A stretch of DNA of 64,000 nt from Nitrospinota bacterium (GTDB lineage Bacteria; Nitrospinota; Nitrospinia; Nitrospinales; VA-1): the NCBI GenBank assembly GCA_013349585.1, contig DUZG01000003.1, positions 15,707-79,706 of the forward strand. The letters are read 5' to 3'. Position 1 is the stretch's first letter. Every line of letters starts with the position of its first letter. Shown here one piece after another: positions 1 to 10,354 of this stretch. A program made the position numbers and the translations under genes. A model generated the notes under the pieces. It saw only the letters and a list, made by a program, of their open reading frames with translations. It ran no database searches and was not told where the DNA came from.

Positions 1-3000
1 TTTAATGGCAGTGTTAGCCGTAAACCCGTAAACCGAGCCGAAATTTCGATCACTCTTGGCAATGTTGCAGAGGGAATCCGCATCGCTGGGGTTCCCAATA
101 TGGCCGAAGAGGTTAAGGTTACACGATGTTATCACCGTTCAGGTGAAAGTGAATTTTACATCAATCAGATACCTTGTCGCCTGAAAGATATTACAGATTT
201 TCTGCTCGATGCAGGAATCAGCCCAAAGGTTCTGACAATAATCGAGCAAGGACATATTCAGGATATCATTACTTCAAAACCGGAAGAAAGACGGATTTTG
301 ATTGAGGAAGCAGCAGGTATACTTAAATTCAAAAGCCGCAAAAATGATGCAGTGAGAAAGCTCGACAGTTCCCGGCAAAATCTGGAACGCGTTGCTGACA
401 TTGTTCAGGAGTTGCACAGGCAAGTCGAGTCTTTGAAACGGCAGGCTGCAAAAGCAGAGCGGTACAAAAATTTTAAAACAGAAATCAAAGAATTGTCTTT
501 GAAACTTTTTTCAGTAAAAATCTGCCGGCTCAAAGGGCAACTACAGACGGTAGAAAAAGAACTCGAAGAACAAACAGAAAAGAAAACAGAATGGAGTGCC
601 CGCCACGCCACTTTCGAAAATCAGATCGCCCAACTTAATATTGAAATAGAAGAATCGCTGAATCGATTGAATGAGCTTCGTGAAGATATCCATAAGCTGA
701 CCACGCAAATCAGTAATGGCGAACAAACAATTGCTTTTAAAAAAGAACAACAAGCTGAAGCTAAAGAAGATATTGAGTCTGCCGCTGGCGAAATTACCCG
801 GATGAGTGAGGAGGTCGAGAGTTTGTCGCATCAAGCAGTAGAGCAGCGACAAACGCTCAGCAAGACATCTCAGGAAATCAACGACCAGGAAATTACTCTG
901 GAGCAAATAAAAGAACAGAGCGGACAGAAGCGCGATGCTGTTCAAAAAAATCAAGACCAGGTTCAGTCGAGTGAAAGAAAGGTTTTCGAATTGTTTCAGC
1001 AATCGGCTGGTTCAAAAAATAAGCTCACCAAAATTGAAACAAAAAGCCAGGGCATTGAGGTACGCAAGCAAAACCTGGCGAAAGAAAAAGAAGAAACTCA
1101 AAATCAAATTCACAGTAACCAGTCCATGTTCCAAGAACGAGAATCGGGGCATCAGAATCGCATCGATGAATTGCAACAGCTAAAAGAACGACAGGAAAAT
1201 TTAGAACAAAAAGTACTCGAGGGCTCGAATCAGGCCCAAGTTCAGGTCGATGCCCATAGCGAAAGAAAAGAAGGTTATTTTAATAAATCTTCGTTGTTAG
1301 GTTCGTTGGAAAAACTTCGATCTCAGTTCGAAGGGTTTAATGAAGGCATCAAGTCTCTCATGAGCCAACAAAATGGCGCAAGGATTCCCGGGATTCGCGA
1401 AGTACTTGTAGATGTCTTGCAAACCCCCGCAGAATATGAAACGGCAATCGAAACTGCATTGGGCGATAAGCTGCAAAGTGTCATCGTCAATTCCTATTCT
1501 GACTCGATGGAAGCCATAGGTTATCTTAAAAGTAATGAGTCTGGGCGAGGGCTGTTTGTTCCGTTGAATCCAAAATCCACACCCAGCATTCCTATGCAAT
1601 TGAATGGCGCAGAGGGAGTTGTCGGCAAGGCTTTGAATTTTATCGAATGCAGTGAAGATTATCGTCCTGTTATAGAATTATTGTTGCGCAATGTAGTTTT
1701 GGTTCAGGACATGGATGTAGCCATGCACCTTCATCAGAACCCTGAATTTCAAGGAACAGTTGTAACCTTGAACGGTGAAATGATCGATGCGAATGGGTTC
1801 GTCACCGGGGGGTCTGCCAAGAGTGAATCTTCAAGGTTGTTGGCGAGGAATAGGGAAATAGAGAACCTTTCCGAAATTGTGAAAAAGTTAAAGGCAGAGT
1901 TAGAAGAATCGCAATTGGCCGTTGAGTCCGGAAAAAGGGCGCAAATTGAACTGGAGGCTAGCCTCAAGCAAATAAGTGAAGAAGTTCATCAAAAAGAATT
2001 AGCGAATAACAACAGTCTTCGCGATCTCGAACAATTGCGTCAGGAAAAGCAGAGGTTGGAAAGCCGCGCTTCCACTTTGGGTGCTGAAACGATGTCCCTG
2101 TCGCAGGAGCTACAGGAACTGGAAAATGAGAATTCTTCTCTGAAGGTGCTATTGCTTGAAATGGAGCAAAAAAATCAGGCGGAAGAAGAATCGTTAGCTC
2201 AACAGCGGACAGAATTGGAAGACAGTCGAAAAGCCCTGGAAGAAAAATCCGGAGAAATCAGCGGATTGAAGGTTTTGATCACTTCCTTGATTGGGCGACG
2301 CGAAAATACCCTGACAGAGATCAAGCGACTGGAGCTACAACAACAAAATTTGCAGCAACGAATTGAAAAGCGGGAGTCGGACAGAGTCTCCAACCAGAAC
2401 CGAATTGTCGAAATCGATAACGATGTTTCTGTCTTGGAAGAGAATGTACTAAAACAGTCCAAAGAAAAGGATATCCTCAGCGAAAATGCAGTGCAAGAGG
2501 AAGAAAGCCTGAGAGCAAATGAAGATGCGCAGAAACAAATGGATCAGGATATCCGCGAATTGTCCAAGAAGCTTCAAGAAATCACAGAAACTTTATCGCA
2601 GATAGAAATCAAGCGTTCCGAAACAAGATTGCAAAATGCCCACATTGAAGAACGGGCTTACGAAGATTTCAATGCCACTCGTGAAGAGTTGTGGGCAGCT
2701 TATGATGAGAATATTGACGAGCATGAGATCGAAGGAACGGTTAAAGATCTTAAAGAAAAATTGGCACGATTGGGCGAAGTGAATTTGGCGGCTTTGTCTG
2801 AATTCGAAAAAACAAACGAACGCTACACCTTTCTTAAAGAACAGCAGGACGATTTGGCCGAGTCCATTGAGTTGCTGCATTCAACGATCGAAAAAATTAA
2901 TTGCACCACTCAGCAACGTTTTCTGGATACGTTTAAGCAGGTTAATGAAAACTTTAAAGAAGTGTTCGCACGCCTTTTCCAAGGAGGCAAGGCAGAGCTG

Positions 3001-3363
3001 TCCTTAATAGATGAGGCCAATCCTCTTGATTCAGGAATAGAGATTACCGCCAACCCGATAGGGAAAAGCCTGCAAACGCTGTCGCTTCTTTCCGGTGGTG
3101 AAAAAACGATGACGGCCATCGCCCTGATGTTTGCCGTATTTAAGGTTCGCCCCAGCCCTTTTTGCTTACTTGACGAAGTGGATGCTCCGCTCGATGAAGC
3201 GAATGTGGTCCGATTTCAGGAAATGCTGAAAGAGATGGCTGACAACACTCAGTTTATTATCATCACCCACAACCAGAAGACTATGACCTTCGCCAACGCC
3301 CTCTATGGAATCACCATGGAAGAAAAAGGCGTCTCCAAAGCCGTATCCGTTCACTTTAATTAA
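1..3363 (+). CDS. smc: Chromosome segregation protein SMC (5'-truncated by window edge)
   Basis: Frame is open from base 1 (FNGSVSRKPVNRAEISITL). Long coiled coils, hinge (ETALGDKLQ, VTLNGE..GFVTGG), signature LSGGEK and Walker B LLDEVDAPLD. Confidence 0.96.
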   Translation, partial: FNGSVSRKPVNRAEISITLGNVAEGIRIAGVPNMAEEVKVTRCYHRSGESEFYINQIPCRLKDITDFLLDAGISPKVLTIIEQGHIQDIITSKPEERRILIEEAAGILKFKSRKNDAVRKLDSSRQNLERVADIVQELHRQVESLKRQAAKAERYKNFKTEIKELSLKLFSVKICRLKGQLQTVEKELEEQTEKKTEWSARHATFENQIAQLNIEIEESLNRLNELREDIHKLTTQISNGEQTIAFKKEQQAEAKEDIESAAGEITRMSEEVESLSHQAVEQRQTLSKTSQEINDQEITLEQIKEQSGQKRDAVQKNQDQVQSSERKVFELFQQSAGSKNKLTKIETKSQGIEVRKQNLAKEKEETQNQIHSNQSMFQERESGHQNRIDELQQLKERQENLEQKVLEGSNQAQVQVDAHSERKEGYFNKSSLLGSLEKLRSQFEGFNEGIKSLMSQQNGARIPGIREVLVDVLQTPAEYETAIETALGDKLQSVIVNSYSDSMEAIGYLKSNESGRGLFVPLNPKSTPSIPMQLNGAEGVVGKALNFIECSEDYRPVIELLLRNVVLVQDMDVAMHLHQNPEFQGTVVTLNGEMIDANGFVTGGSAKSESSRLLARNREIENLSEIVKKLKAELEESQLAVESGKRAQIELEASLKQISEEVHQKELANNNSLRDLEQLRQEKQRLESRASTLGAETMSLSQELQELENENSSLKVLLLEMEQKNQAEEESLAQQRTELEDSRKALEEKSGEISGLKVLITSLIGRRENTLTEIKRLELQQQNLQQRIEKRESDRVSNQNRIVEIDNDVSVLEENVLKQSKEKDILSENAVQEEESLRANEDAQKQMDQDIRELSKKLQEITETLSQIEIKRSETRLQNAHIEERAYEDFNATREELWAAYDENIDEHEIEGTVKDLKEKLARLGEVNLAALSEFEKTNERYTFLKEQQDDLAESIELLHSTIEKINCTTQQRFLDTFKQVNENFKEVFARLFQGGKAELSLIDEANPLDSGIEITANPIGKSLQTLSLLSGGEKTMTAIALMFAVFKVRPSPFCLLDEVDAPLDEANVVRFQEMLKEMADNTQFIIITHNQKTMTFANALYGITMEEKGVSKAVSVHFN

Positions 3364-3447
3364 TATCCAACCTATATTTATAATTCAAATAGGCAAAGCT
3401 GCTTGTTAATAGTGTTATAATTCGAGTCCTCTTACCAAGGAAGAATT

Positions 3448-4800
3448 ATGGCAGAAGCGAAAGACATTGACAGCAGTTTGGAATATCTTCGGCATTTTGA
3501 AAAGAATACTGCCAATCCGGATTTAGGAACCTTAATCCAGGAAAAAATCAGCACAGATAAAGAAAGTTTAAAGCTCCATGGCTGTAAACTGAAAGAGGAA
3601 GATTTTAAAGCCATCTCTGGTTTTAGCCCAATCAAGAACCTGAAGTACCTCGACCTGAATCAGACAGGGCTCAACTCGGCAGGCTTACAACCCCTTAGCG
3701 CTTCCGATTCTTTTGCTAATCTTGAAACGCTTACTCTAGCCAATAATAATCTTGATGATGAGGCAATATTTTTTCTATCAAAATCTTTGTCTTTGACTCA
3801 ACTTAAAAACCTTGACCTTTCCAGCAATGAGTTAGGTTCACTTGGCGCAAAAGTACTCTCCATGGCGGAGGGAATGAAAAAATTGAGCCGGATTGACCTA
3901 TCCTATAATCGTCTCGAAGGATTGGGTCTTAAATCCCTTGCCGATTCATCTTTAGGTCGACAATGCGTTGAACTAAATCTTCGGGATACAGGTATCGGGG
4001 ATGAAGGCTTGAAGTCTCTGACAAAAATTCCACCTCTTGAATCTTTGACGACATTAAATTTATCTGATAATGGGTTAACCGAAGTAGGCATAGAAGCACT
4101 TTGCCGCTCTATGGTATTTCCCAATTTAAAAACTTTGATTCTTAATAATAATCATGTAGGGGATGAGGGTGTTTACGCGATGGCAGAATCGCCTTTGTTT
4201 TCCAATCTTGAAAAACTAGTAATGCATAATAATGGTTTGACCACAGACAGCGCGATTTCGCTTTCCCAATCCAAAACCATAACCGGACTTCGCGCTCTGG
4301 ATCTGAACAACAATGACGTTCGAGCCGAGGGCGCCCAAGCTCTAGCGGATTCCATCAATATGAAATGGATGGAGAGCCTTGATCTTGGAGAAAATAAACT
4401 GAACCATGAGGGAGCTGCTGCGCTGGCAAATTCAGAAAATTGTTCTGCGCTGAAATTTCTAAGGTTGAATAATAACAATCTTTCGGATAAAGGTGCCGAA
4501 GCTCTGGCGCGTTCAACCAACTTGTTGCAACTGGAAACCCTTTCCATCGAAAATGAAAACTGGATTCACGCGCCGGGTGCCAAGGCAATTTCAGAATCTA
4601 AGAACCTTTCCAGCTTGAAACGGCTGGTGCTGGTTTTGAATGCTATTGGTGATGAAGGTGCCATTCACCTTGCCAATTCGCAGACACTTTCAGGTCTGAT
4701 GTTTTTGAATGTTGCCGGAAACAGGCTCACACCTAGAGGGGAAGACGCATTACAAAAGTCTACGGCTTTGACCGGAATAGAAGTTCTTGAGATTGTTTGA
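3448..4800 (+). CDS. Leucine-rich repeat protein (RI-like/GALA-type ~28-aa repeats)
   Basis: About 14 repeats of LxxLxLxxNxI/L followed by GxxALA; RBS aagga upstream; no signal peptide evident. Confidence 0.88.
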   Translation: MAEAKDIDSSLEYLRHFEKNTANPDLGTLIQEKISTDKESLKLHGCKLKEEDFKAISGFSPIKNLKYLDLNQTGLNSAGLQPLSASDSFANLETLTLANNNLDDEAIFFLSKSLSLTQLKNLDLSSNELGSLGAKVLSMAEGMKKLSRIDLSYNRLEGLGLKSLADSSLGRQCVELNLRDTGIGDEGLKSLTKIPPLESLTTLNLSDNGLTEVGIEALCRSMVFPNLKTLILNNNHVGDEGVYAMAESPLFSNLEKLVMHNNGLTTDSAISLSQSKTITGLRALDLNNNDVRAEGAQALADSINMKWMESLDLGENKLNHEGAAALANSENCSALKFLRLNNNNLSDKGAEALARSTNLLQLETLSIENENWIHAPGAKAISESKNLSSLKRLVLVLNAIGDEGAIHLANSQTLSGLMFLNVAGNRLTPRGEDALQKSTALTGIEVLEIV

Positions 4801-4938
4801 AAATCATAGCGCGATTAGTTTGTTATTAAAGATCAACAGCGATAGTAGTTATCAACAGAAAATCCAACCCCGCCGAATCTATTACTGTTACTATTTCAGT
4901 GATATGAAAAAAATATCAATACCCCCGCTATCATAGAA

Positions 4939-5795
4939 TTGAAGATGTTGAAGGAAATAAAAAAGCAATATCATTCAGATGGTTTAACCGGGCTTTTTAA
5001 CCGGGGTTATTTTGATGAAGCTCTGCAACGAGAAATGAACCGGGTACAAAGATACGATGGATGCTTTTCTGTCTTCTTTATTGATCTGGATAACTATAAA
5101 AAACTTAACGATACATACGGTCACTAGGTAGGTGGTTTAACTCTAAAGGTCGTGGCGATATTTTTCAAAATATGAGGCGCACCGAAGATACGGCTTGTCG
5201 CTATGGTGGCGAGGAGTTGGTCCTGATCCTTCCTGAAACAGAGAAAATGAATGCTCGAGTGATTGCTGAAAGAATTCGAAAAAAAGTAGAAGAAGCAGTA
5301 CTTAAATTTGAAGATAAAACGTTTAACGTTACCTTAAGTGGCGGCATTTCTACATATCCTGTAGACGGAAAATAAGTTCATGAACTGCTACACGCAGCAG
5401 ACGTGTAGCTTTATCAGGCAAAAGAGAGTGGCAGAAACCGAATCTTCCTTCATGACTTTGAGAAGCCGCATTATTTGCGGATTGGTATTTCAGAGGAAGT
5501 TCAAGTCCAATCTGTTACTGAAAGCTTGAACCCAAAGAAATTGAATGCTCAAGGGAAAAATATGAGTTCTTCTGGAATTCTTGTTGAAAGTCCTATAGCT
5601 TTGAAAATTGGTTCGCAGGTGGGAATTTCATTTTCGATTAAAGGTCAAGAGGGTCCACTAACCGTCAATGCGCAGGTGGCAAGAGTAGAAATTTTTGATT
5701 CGCATTTCGATATTGGGGTGGCCTTTTTGGATATGGATGCCGCCGGGGAAAGTGAATTTTCTAAAACACTTTTGCAAGCCCTAGTGATTTCGTAG
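4939..5795 (+). pseudogene. Diguanylate cyclase (GGDEF) with C-terminal PilZ domain, disrupted
   Basis: DGLTGLFNR..DLDNYKKLNDTYGH, then TAG 5125-5127 and a frameshift near 5165. RTED..RYGGEEL follows, then in-frame TAA 5373-5375 and TAG 5406-5408, LYQAKESGRNR, and a PilZ-like domain (NMSSSG..V.RVE..IGVAF). Confidence 0.88.
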
Positions 5796-5820
5796 CCCTA
5801 GGCGAAGAAAGTCTATCCGT

Positions 5821-6612
5821 CTAATTTCGAACTGCTAAAATATTGAACGTATTCTGGGTCCTCAGGATTCGATTTGCCAACCAGGCATTTATTCCAAATC
5901 GACGAGCGCAATATTTTTCTGTATTTAAAATAGAACAGTTTTCTTCCTTCAGAACTTTTTCAATACCCCTTGGGTCAATGCCCCCAAATTGGCGTTGGTA
6001 GTCAGAGTGATGATACTCGTCTTCCAGCAAAGGTATATTCCGCACCCTCATTTCCAAACGATAAGACTTTTCGTCTAACCACGAAAGGCCGCGATGCAAA
6101 GCATAAGAAATTGAAGAAGCTACTGATTGCTTCAAGGGCTCAAAAAATATCATAATTTTTGTTCCTGCCTTGAGCCCCTTACAGGCTTTTTTTAAAACCA
6201 TTTCATAGTCAAAAAGATGGTGTAATACTGCAGAAAAAACCACGAGATTAAACTCTTTTTGGTTTCTTTCGAGAAATTCCTCCACATCCCCAACTGCCAA
6301 GTGAGCGCGATTTTTTTCGCTTTCTGAAACAGAATCCTTTAGTACCTGGATCATCTCACTGGAGAGATCCAGACCTGTCACATCGAATCCTCTTCGTAGA
6401 AATCTTAAAAATAGATATCCGGTGCCGCATCCAAGATCAAGGACTTTTGCATTTGCGTCCAAGTCACAACAGATTTTGTCTAAATTTTTTTCTGCAATAT
6501 AGTTCTGGAAAAAGTTGGTTTGCTCCGGGTGGCGGGATAGATATAACTGGTTTTCAAGTGCGTGAACACGCCGGTTTTCTTCTAATACTTTTTCTTTGAG
6601 GAGGGTTGTCAT
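5821..6612 (-). CDS. Class I SAM-dependent methyltransferase
   Basis: VLDLGCGTG motif I, GLDLS and VLHH; last gene of the glycan operon. Confidence 0.9.
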   Translation of the reverse strand: MTTLLKEKVLEENRRVHALENQLYLSRHPEQTNFFQNYIAEKNLDKICCDLDANAKVLDLGCGTGYLFLRFLRRGFDVTGLDLSSEMIQVLKDSVSESEKNRAHLAVGDVEEFLERNQKEFNLVVFSAVLHHLFDYEMVLKKACKGLKAGTKIMIFFEPLKQSVASSISYALHRGLSWLDEKSYRLEMRVRNIPLLEDEYHHSDYQRQFGGIDPRGIEKVLKEENCSILNTEKYCARRFGINAWLANRILRTQNTFNILAVRN

Positions 6613-6623
6613 TTTAGATGCAA

Positions 6624-7475
6624 CTAGATAGCTTCCTGAATCTCGTCAAAAAAGAAACGCTTTTCAGTTGTCGAAGTTTCACATTCATTGCAATTCACAC
6701 ATACTTTTGGGTAGTCTGCCTTTTCGTGTTGATTACGTAAAGCTTTAATTTCCGAATTATTCCATAGATCGTTGACCCGGTCGCTGTTGGCGTTCCCTAA
6801 TTTAAGAGTCGCGTTATAATCCACACAGCAGGGAATGACAGTACCATCCCAGAGAACAACCAGTTTGCCATAATCCTTGCCGAAGGGTTCTGGGCAGGGT
6901 TCGCTTCGCGGACTTTGAATGAGCTTTGGTTGTGTGCGAACATGATCGACAATGGTTTCCCAGTGCTCGATATATTTTTCAACATCCTCTTGAGTATCTT
7001 CCTCAACTGTAAAGACTACTCCCATACTCAATTCAGGTCGCTTTGCCTCTTTAGTCTTTTTTAATCGAAGAATATTTTCTTTTATTTTTTGAAGTTCGAC
7101 TCCGCGAATCCTTTTAAAAGTATCTGCAGAACCATCTATGGAAAACCGAATTATGTTTAGTGGACTTTCAATGATTTTGTTAATCATCTTATCTGTCAAC
7201 AAAGTTCCATTGGTGTTCATGACAATATGTTTCACACCAGCCTTATGTGCGTAATCGAACATCTCAAAAATTTCTTTGTGCAGTAAAGGCTCTCCCCAGT
7301 TATGCATGCATAGATGTTCAAGGTCGGGAGTGTCATCTATGACCTTTTTGAATAGCTTTAAATCCATGAACCCTTCATCTCGCGTCATGCCTTCTGTCAC
7401 AAAACAAAAAGTGCAACGCAGGTTGCAGGTATTGGTCGGTTCGATGATTAGTGATGTGAGGGGTTTGACGCGCAT
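6624..7475 (-). CDS. Radical SAM protein with SPASM/Twitch domain
   Basis: CNLRCTFC motif, GEPLLH, TNG, and C-terminal CPEP..PCCVD..CVNC. Confidence 0.9.
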   Translation of the reverse strand: MRVKPLTSLIIEPTNTCNLRCTFCFVTEGMTRDEGFMDLKLFKKVIDDTPDLEHLCMHNWGEPLLHKEIFEMFDYAHKAGVKHIVMNTNGTLLTDKMINKIIESPLNIIRFSIDGSADTFKRIRGVELQKIKENILRLKKTKEAKRPELSMGVVFTVEEDTQEDVEKYIEHWETIVDHVRTQPKLIQSPRSEPCPEPFGKDYGKLVVLWDGTVIPCCVDYNATLKLGNANSDRVNDLWNNSEIKALRNQHEKADYPKVCVNCNECETSTTEKRFFFDEIQEAI

Positions 7476-8413
7476 TATTCGATAACCTTCTCAACAATAT
7501 AGTCAGGGCGTTCCTGAATTTGATGGTGCACCCGGCCCAGATATTCTCCCAAAAAACCAATGGATAATAACTGTACACCTGCAAAAAATGCAAACACTGC
7601 GAGTAAAACCACAAAGCCCTCAATCAAAATTCCATTTACAATTCTTTGGAATAGTAAGAAAGTCATCATTAAAAATCCTAGGAAAGCACCAAATAATCCC
7701 ATATAGGTTACCATACGCAGCGGAAAGCTGGAGTAACCTGTTATGAGATCCCATGATAACTTCAGTAGATTAAGAATATTGTATTTGGTGTTCCCTTTTT
7801 TTCTTTCGTGATGTTCCACTTCAATTTCGATGCTGGGTAATCCCATCCAACTCATCAAAACCGCCATATAGCGAGACCTGTCCTTACAAGTTTCAACCCT
7901 TTCTACTACGCTACGACGAATTGCGCGGAAAGAGCTTAAATTTAATTTTACCGTATCCCCAAAAAGAGCTTGCCCGATCTTTAGCAAGCATTGTGAGCCG
8001 AGTACTCTCAACATGCCATCGCGCCGTTTGCGCTGAACCGTGGTAACCATGTCAATATCATTGGACATGGCATCAAGAAGTTTTGGTATTTCTTCAGGGG
8101 GATTTTGCAAGTCTGAATCCAGCTGAACGATGATATCACCTTTGCTTATTCTGAATCCGGCAAGTACCGCAGCCTGTTGTCCGAAATTCCGGGTAAGTTT
8201 CACAATACGCAATGCACTTTCTTTCGCCTGAATTAGTTTTAACTTTTCGTGCGAGCCGTCAGAGCTTCCATCGTCTACGATTACAATTTCGTAAGGTTGA
8301 TCCAGTTTATCGCAGACGACCTTGAGCCTTGAAACTAACTCTTCAATAAGAGATACCTCATTGAAAACAGGAATGACAATTGAAATTTCTATTTGCTTGT
8401 CCATATCATTCAT
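7475..8413 (-). CDS. GT2 polyprenol-phosphate glycosyltransferase (ArnC/GtrB-like)
   Basis: IVIPVFNE, VDDGSSD, RNFGQ, DSDLQNPP, two C-terminal TM helices, GEYLGR..RP.Y. Confidence 0.9.
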   Translation of the reverse strand: MNDMDKQIEISIVIPVFNEVSLIEELVSRLKVVCDKLDQPYEIVIVDDGSSDGSHEKLKLIQAKESALRIVKLTRNFGQQAAVLAGFRISKGDIIVQLDSDLQNPPEEIPKLLDAMSNDIDMVTTVQRKRRDGMLRVLGSQCLLKIGQALFGDTVKLNLSSFRAIRRSVVERVETCKDRSRYMAVLMSWMGLPSIEIEVEHHERKKGNTKYNILNLLKLSWDLITGYSSFPLRMVTYMGLFGAFLGFLMMTFLLFQRIVNGILIEGFVVLLAVFAFFAGVQLLSIGFLGEYLGRVHHQIQERPDYIVEKVIE

Positions 8414-8467
8414 GATGATTGATTAATTCTGTTTTGAAACCTGCTTTCCTCCTCTGAGAGGAAGAAG

Positions 8468-9631
8468 TTATTGCTGGCGAGAACACGCCATTTCGGTTTC
8501 ACGAATTCTTACCGCTTCCCCTTCGGGGCCAGTCAGGCCAATGTATTCCGATTGGCAACAGCCCAGACAACCGGGAAATATTCCTTCTGATTTTAATTTT
8601 TCACGGAATCCCTTAATGCGACCTGAGTTCCATGAAGTAAGCTCGTTACCGTCATTTATATTTCCAACTCTATAATGAGGACAACTGAACACATCGCCGT
8701 AGGCAGAAAAAGCCACTTTTGTCCACGGAATGAAACAGCGGTAATCTTTGTAGGAACTTTTGTTGGAGTAGTAACGGACAATTTCTTCTACCGTAATATA
8801 GTTCGGCGAAAACCTTAGTTTCGTTTTAAAGCCCTGACTCAGTGTCTCAAGTTGTGATAATTGGCGGTTCAATTTTTTCGGTTCAATTTCTTCGACTGGT
8901 GCCGTTGGGCGATCCAGATGGTGGTCCTGATCATAATCTTTTCCATGCCAGTAGGTCGCTGGACTACTCACAACAAAATTGCAAACATTCACTCCAAGTT
9001 TATTCGCATACTCATATAGCGGGACAAGGTCCATTGTATTTCCCCGATTGATCACGCAAGTGAGATGGATGAGCGGAAACTTAGATTTTAATTCCTGTTT
9101 GCGCGCAATCAGTCTTTCTAGTCCCTGTGTGGTTTTCTTAAAAGAGCCGGGAATCGTGGTGATGGTATCGTGAAGCTCTTCTCCGCCTTCAATAGAAACA
9201 CCCATATAAAATAATCCACAGCCCCAAACCGACTTGAGCCGTAAACTCATCAAGTCTTCGACTACTTTTTCGCTCAAGGTAGTTCCGTTTGTGATGATAT
9301 GGACCTTATGATTCTTAACAGCGAATTCAAGAATTTCCATGAAATCGCTTTTCATAAACGCTTCGCCACCGGTAAATGTGATCAGTGAAAAGCGCGGAAG
9401 TTTTGTAATGGCCTTTTTGACTTCATCTGCAGAGAGCTCATTTTTGTAAGTTTTATTGGTTTCAGTGTCATCGATTATTTCGAGATAGTGGCACATATCG
9501 CAACGGAGGTTGCAACGATAGGTCACTTCAAAAAATGCTTGAATCGGCGGCAGAGAGTTTCGCGGGGCGAAATAAAACGGAAGCAGCGAATACAAGCGCG
9601 GTAGAATTTTTTGAATAAATTTAAAATCCAT
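8468..9631 (-). CDS. Radical SAM protein with SPASM/Twitch domain
   Basis: CNLRCDMC, TGGE, ITNG, and C-terminal CFIPW..SCP..CLGCC. Confidence 0.9.
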   Translation of the reverse strand: MDFKFIQKILPRLYSLLPFYFAPRNSLPPIQAFFEVTYRCNLRCDMCHYLEIIDDTETNKTYKNELSADEVKKAITKLPRFSLITFTGGEAFMKSDFMEILEFAVKNHKVHIITNGTTLSEKVVEDLMSLRLKSVWGCGLFYMGVSIEGGEELHDTITTIPGSFKKTTQGLERLIARKQELKSKFPLIHLTCVINRGNTMDLVPLYEYANKLGVNVCNFVVSSPATYWHGKDYDQDHHLDRPTAPVEEIEPKKLNRQLSQLETLSQGFKTKLRFSPNYITVEEIVRYYSNKSSYKDYRCFIPWTKVAFSAYGDVFSCPHYRVGNINDGNELTSWNSGRIKGFREKLKSEGIFPGCLGCCQSEYIGLTGPEGEAVRIRETEMACSRQQ

Positions 9632-9644
9632 AATAATAAAACTA

Positions 9645-10337
9645 TTAAGCGCAGTCCATTTGTTTTAAAAATTTCATACTCTTGTCGCCGCAGTTAAACA
9701 ATAAATCTATCGTTGATAAGAATGGAACAAATCCTTCGTAGCGTTGTGGGTACTCCGGGTGCTGATACTCCTGATACACTAATTCAATGCCCTGATCGGA
9801 AAAATCTTTCTCCGAAATATAGTTTCTAGCCGATTCTCCGCTTAGATATTGCGTTGCGCCAAGTTGTTTGCAAATTGAAACCAATCTTTCGGTCTTATTG
9901 CCAGGCTCGCCGAGTTCAGAAGAACGAAGAAGAGGGGTATTTATTTTTAACTCCCCTTTTAAATATTGGATGGTCTCCAGCGAAAGGTCTAATAAAAAAT
10001 TCCATTCGCTGTTAAATATCTTCTCGCACCATGGGAAGTGTAAGTCGAAAAAAGGTGTTTTGGAATAATGGCACCGAATAGTTTCCAAATGTTTTCGTTT
10101 CCATGAAGTGGAATTATCGATTTTTGTTTCTAGAAGACTTTGCTCATATTTATTCTTTTGTATTACCGGTACCGTCAACCAGACTGAACCCTCCAGAACC
10201 CGAACCCGGTTTCTATTTCTCCAATCCCTCCGGGTGAACTGCACGTCATCGTATAAGACGAATTGATCCGAACGGCACATTTGTTCGAAAAATCCCAGCC
10301 AGGGTAAATAGGAGGGCTGAAGAATAGTCACGCGCAT
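9645..10337 (-). CDS. WbqC-like family protein
   Basis: Starts MRVTILQPSYLPWLGFF (ATG at 10337); DDVQF..W.NRN, YLSG, and LS.IDLLFN.G are typical of WbqC. Confidence 0.9.
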   Translation of the reverse strand: MRVTILQPSYLPWLGFFEQMCRSDQFVLYDDVQFTRRDWRNRNRVRVLEGSVWLTVPVIQKNKYEQSLLETKIDNSTSWKRKHLETIRCHYSKTPFFDLHFPWCEKIFNSEWNFLLDLSLETIQYLKGELKINTPLLRSSELGEPGNKTERLVSICKQLGATQYLSGESARNYISEKDFSDQGIELVYQEYQHPEYPQRYEGFVPFLSTIDLLFNCGDKSMKFLKQMDCA

Positions 10338-10354
10338 AGATTTAGTTCCCGTGG

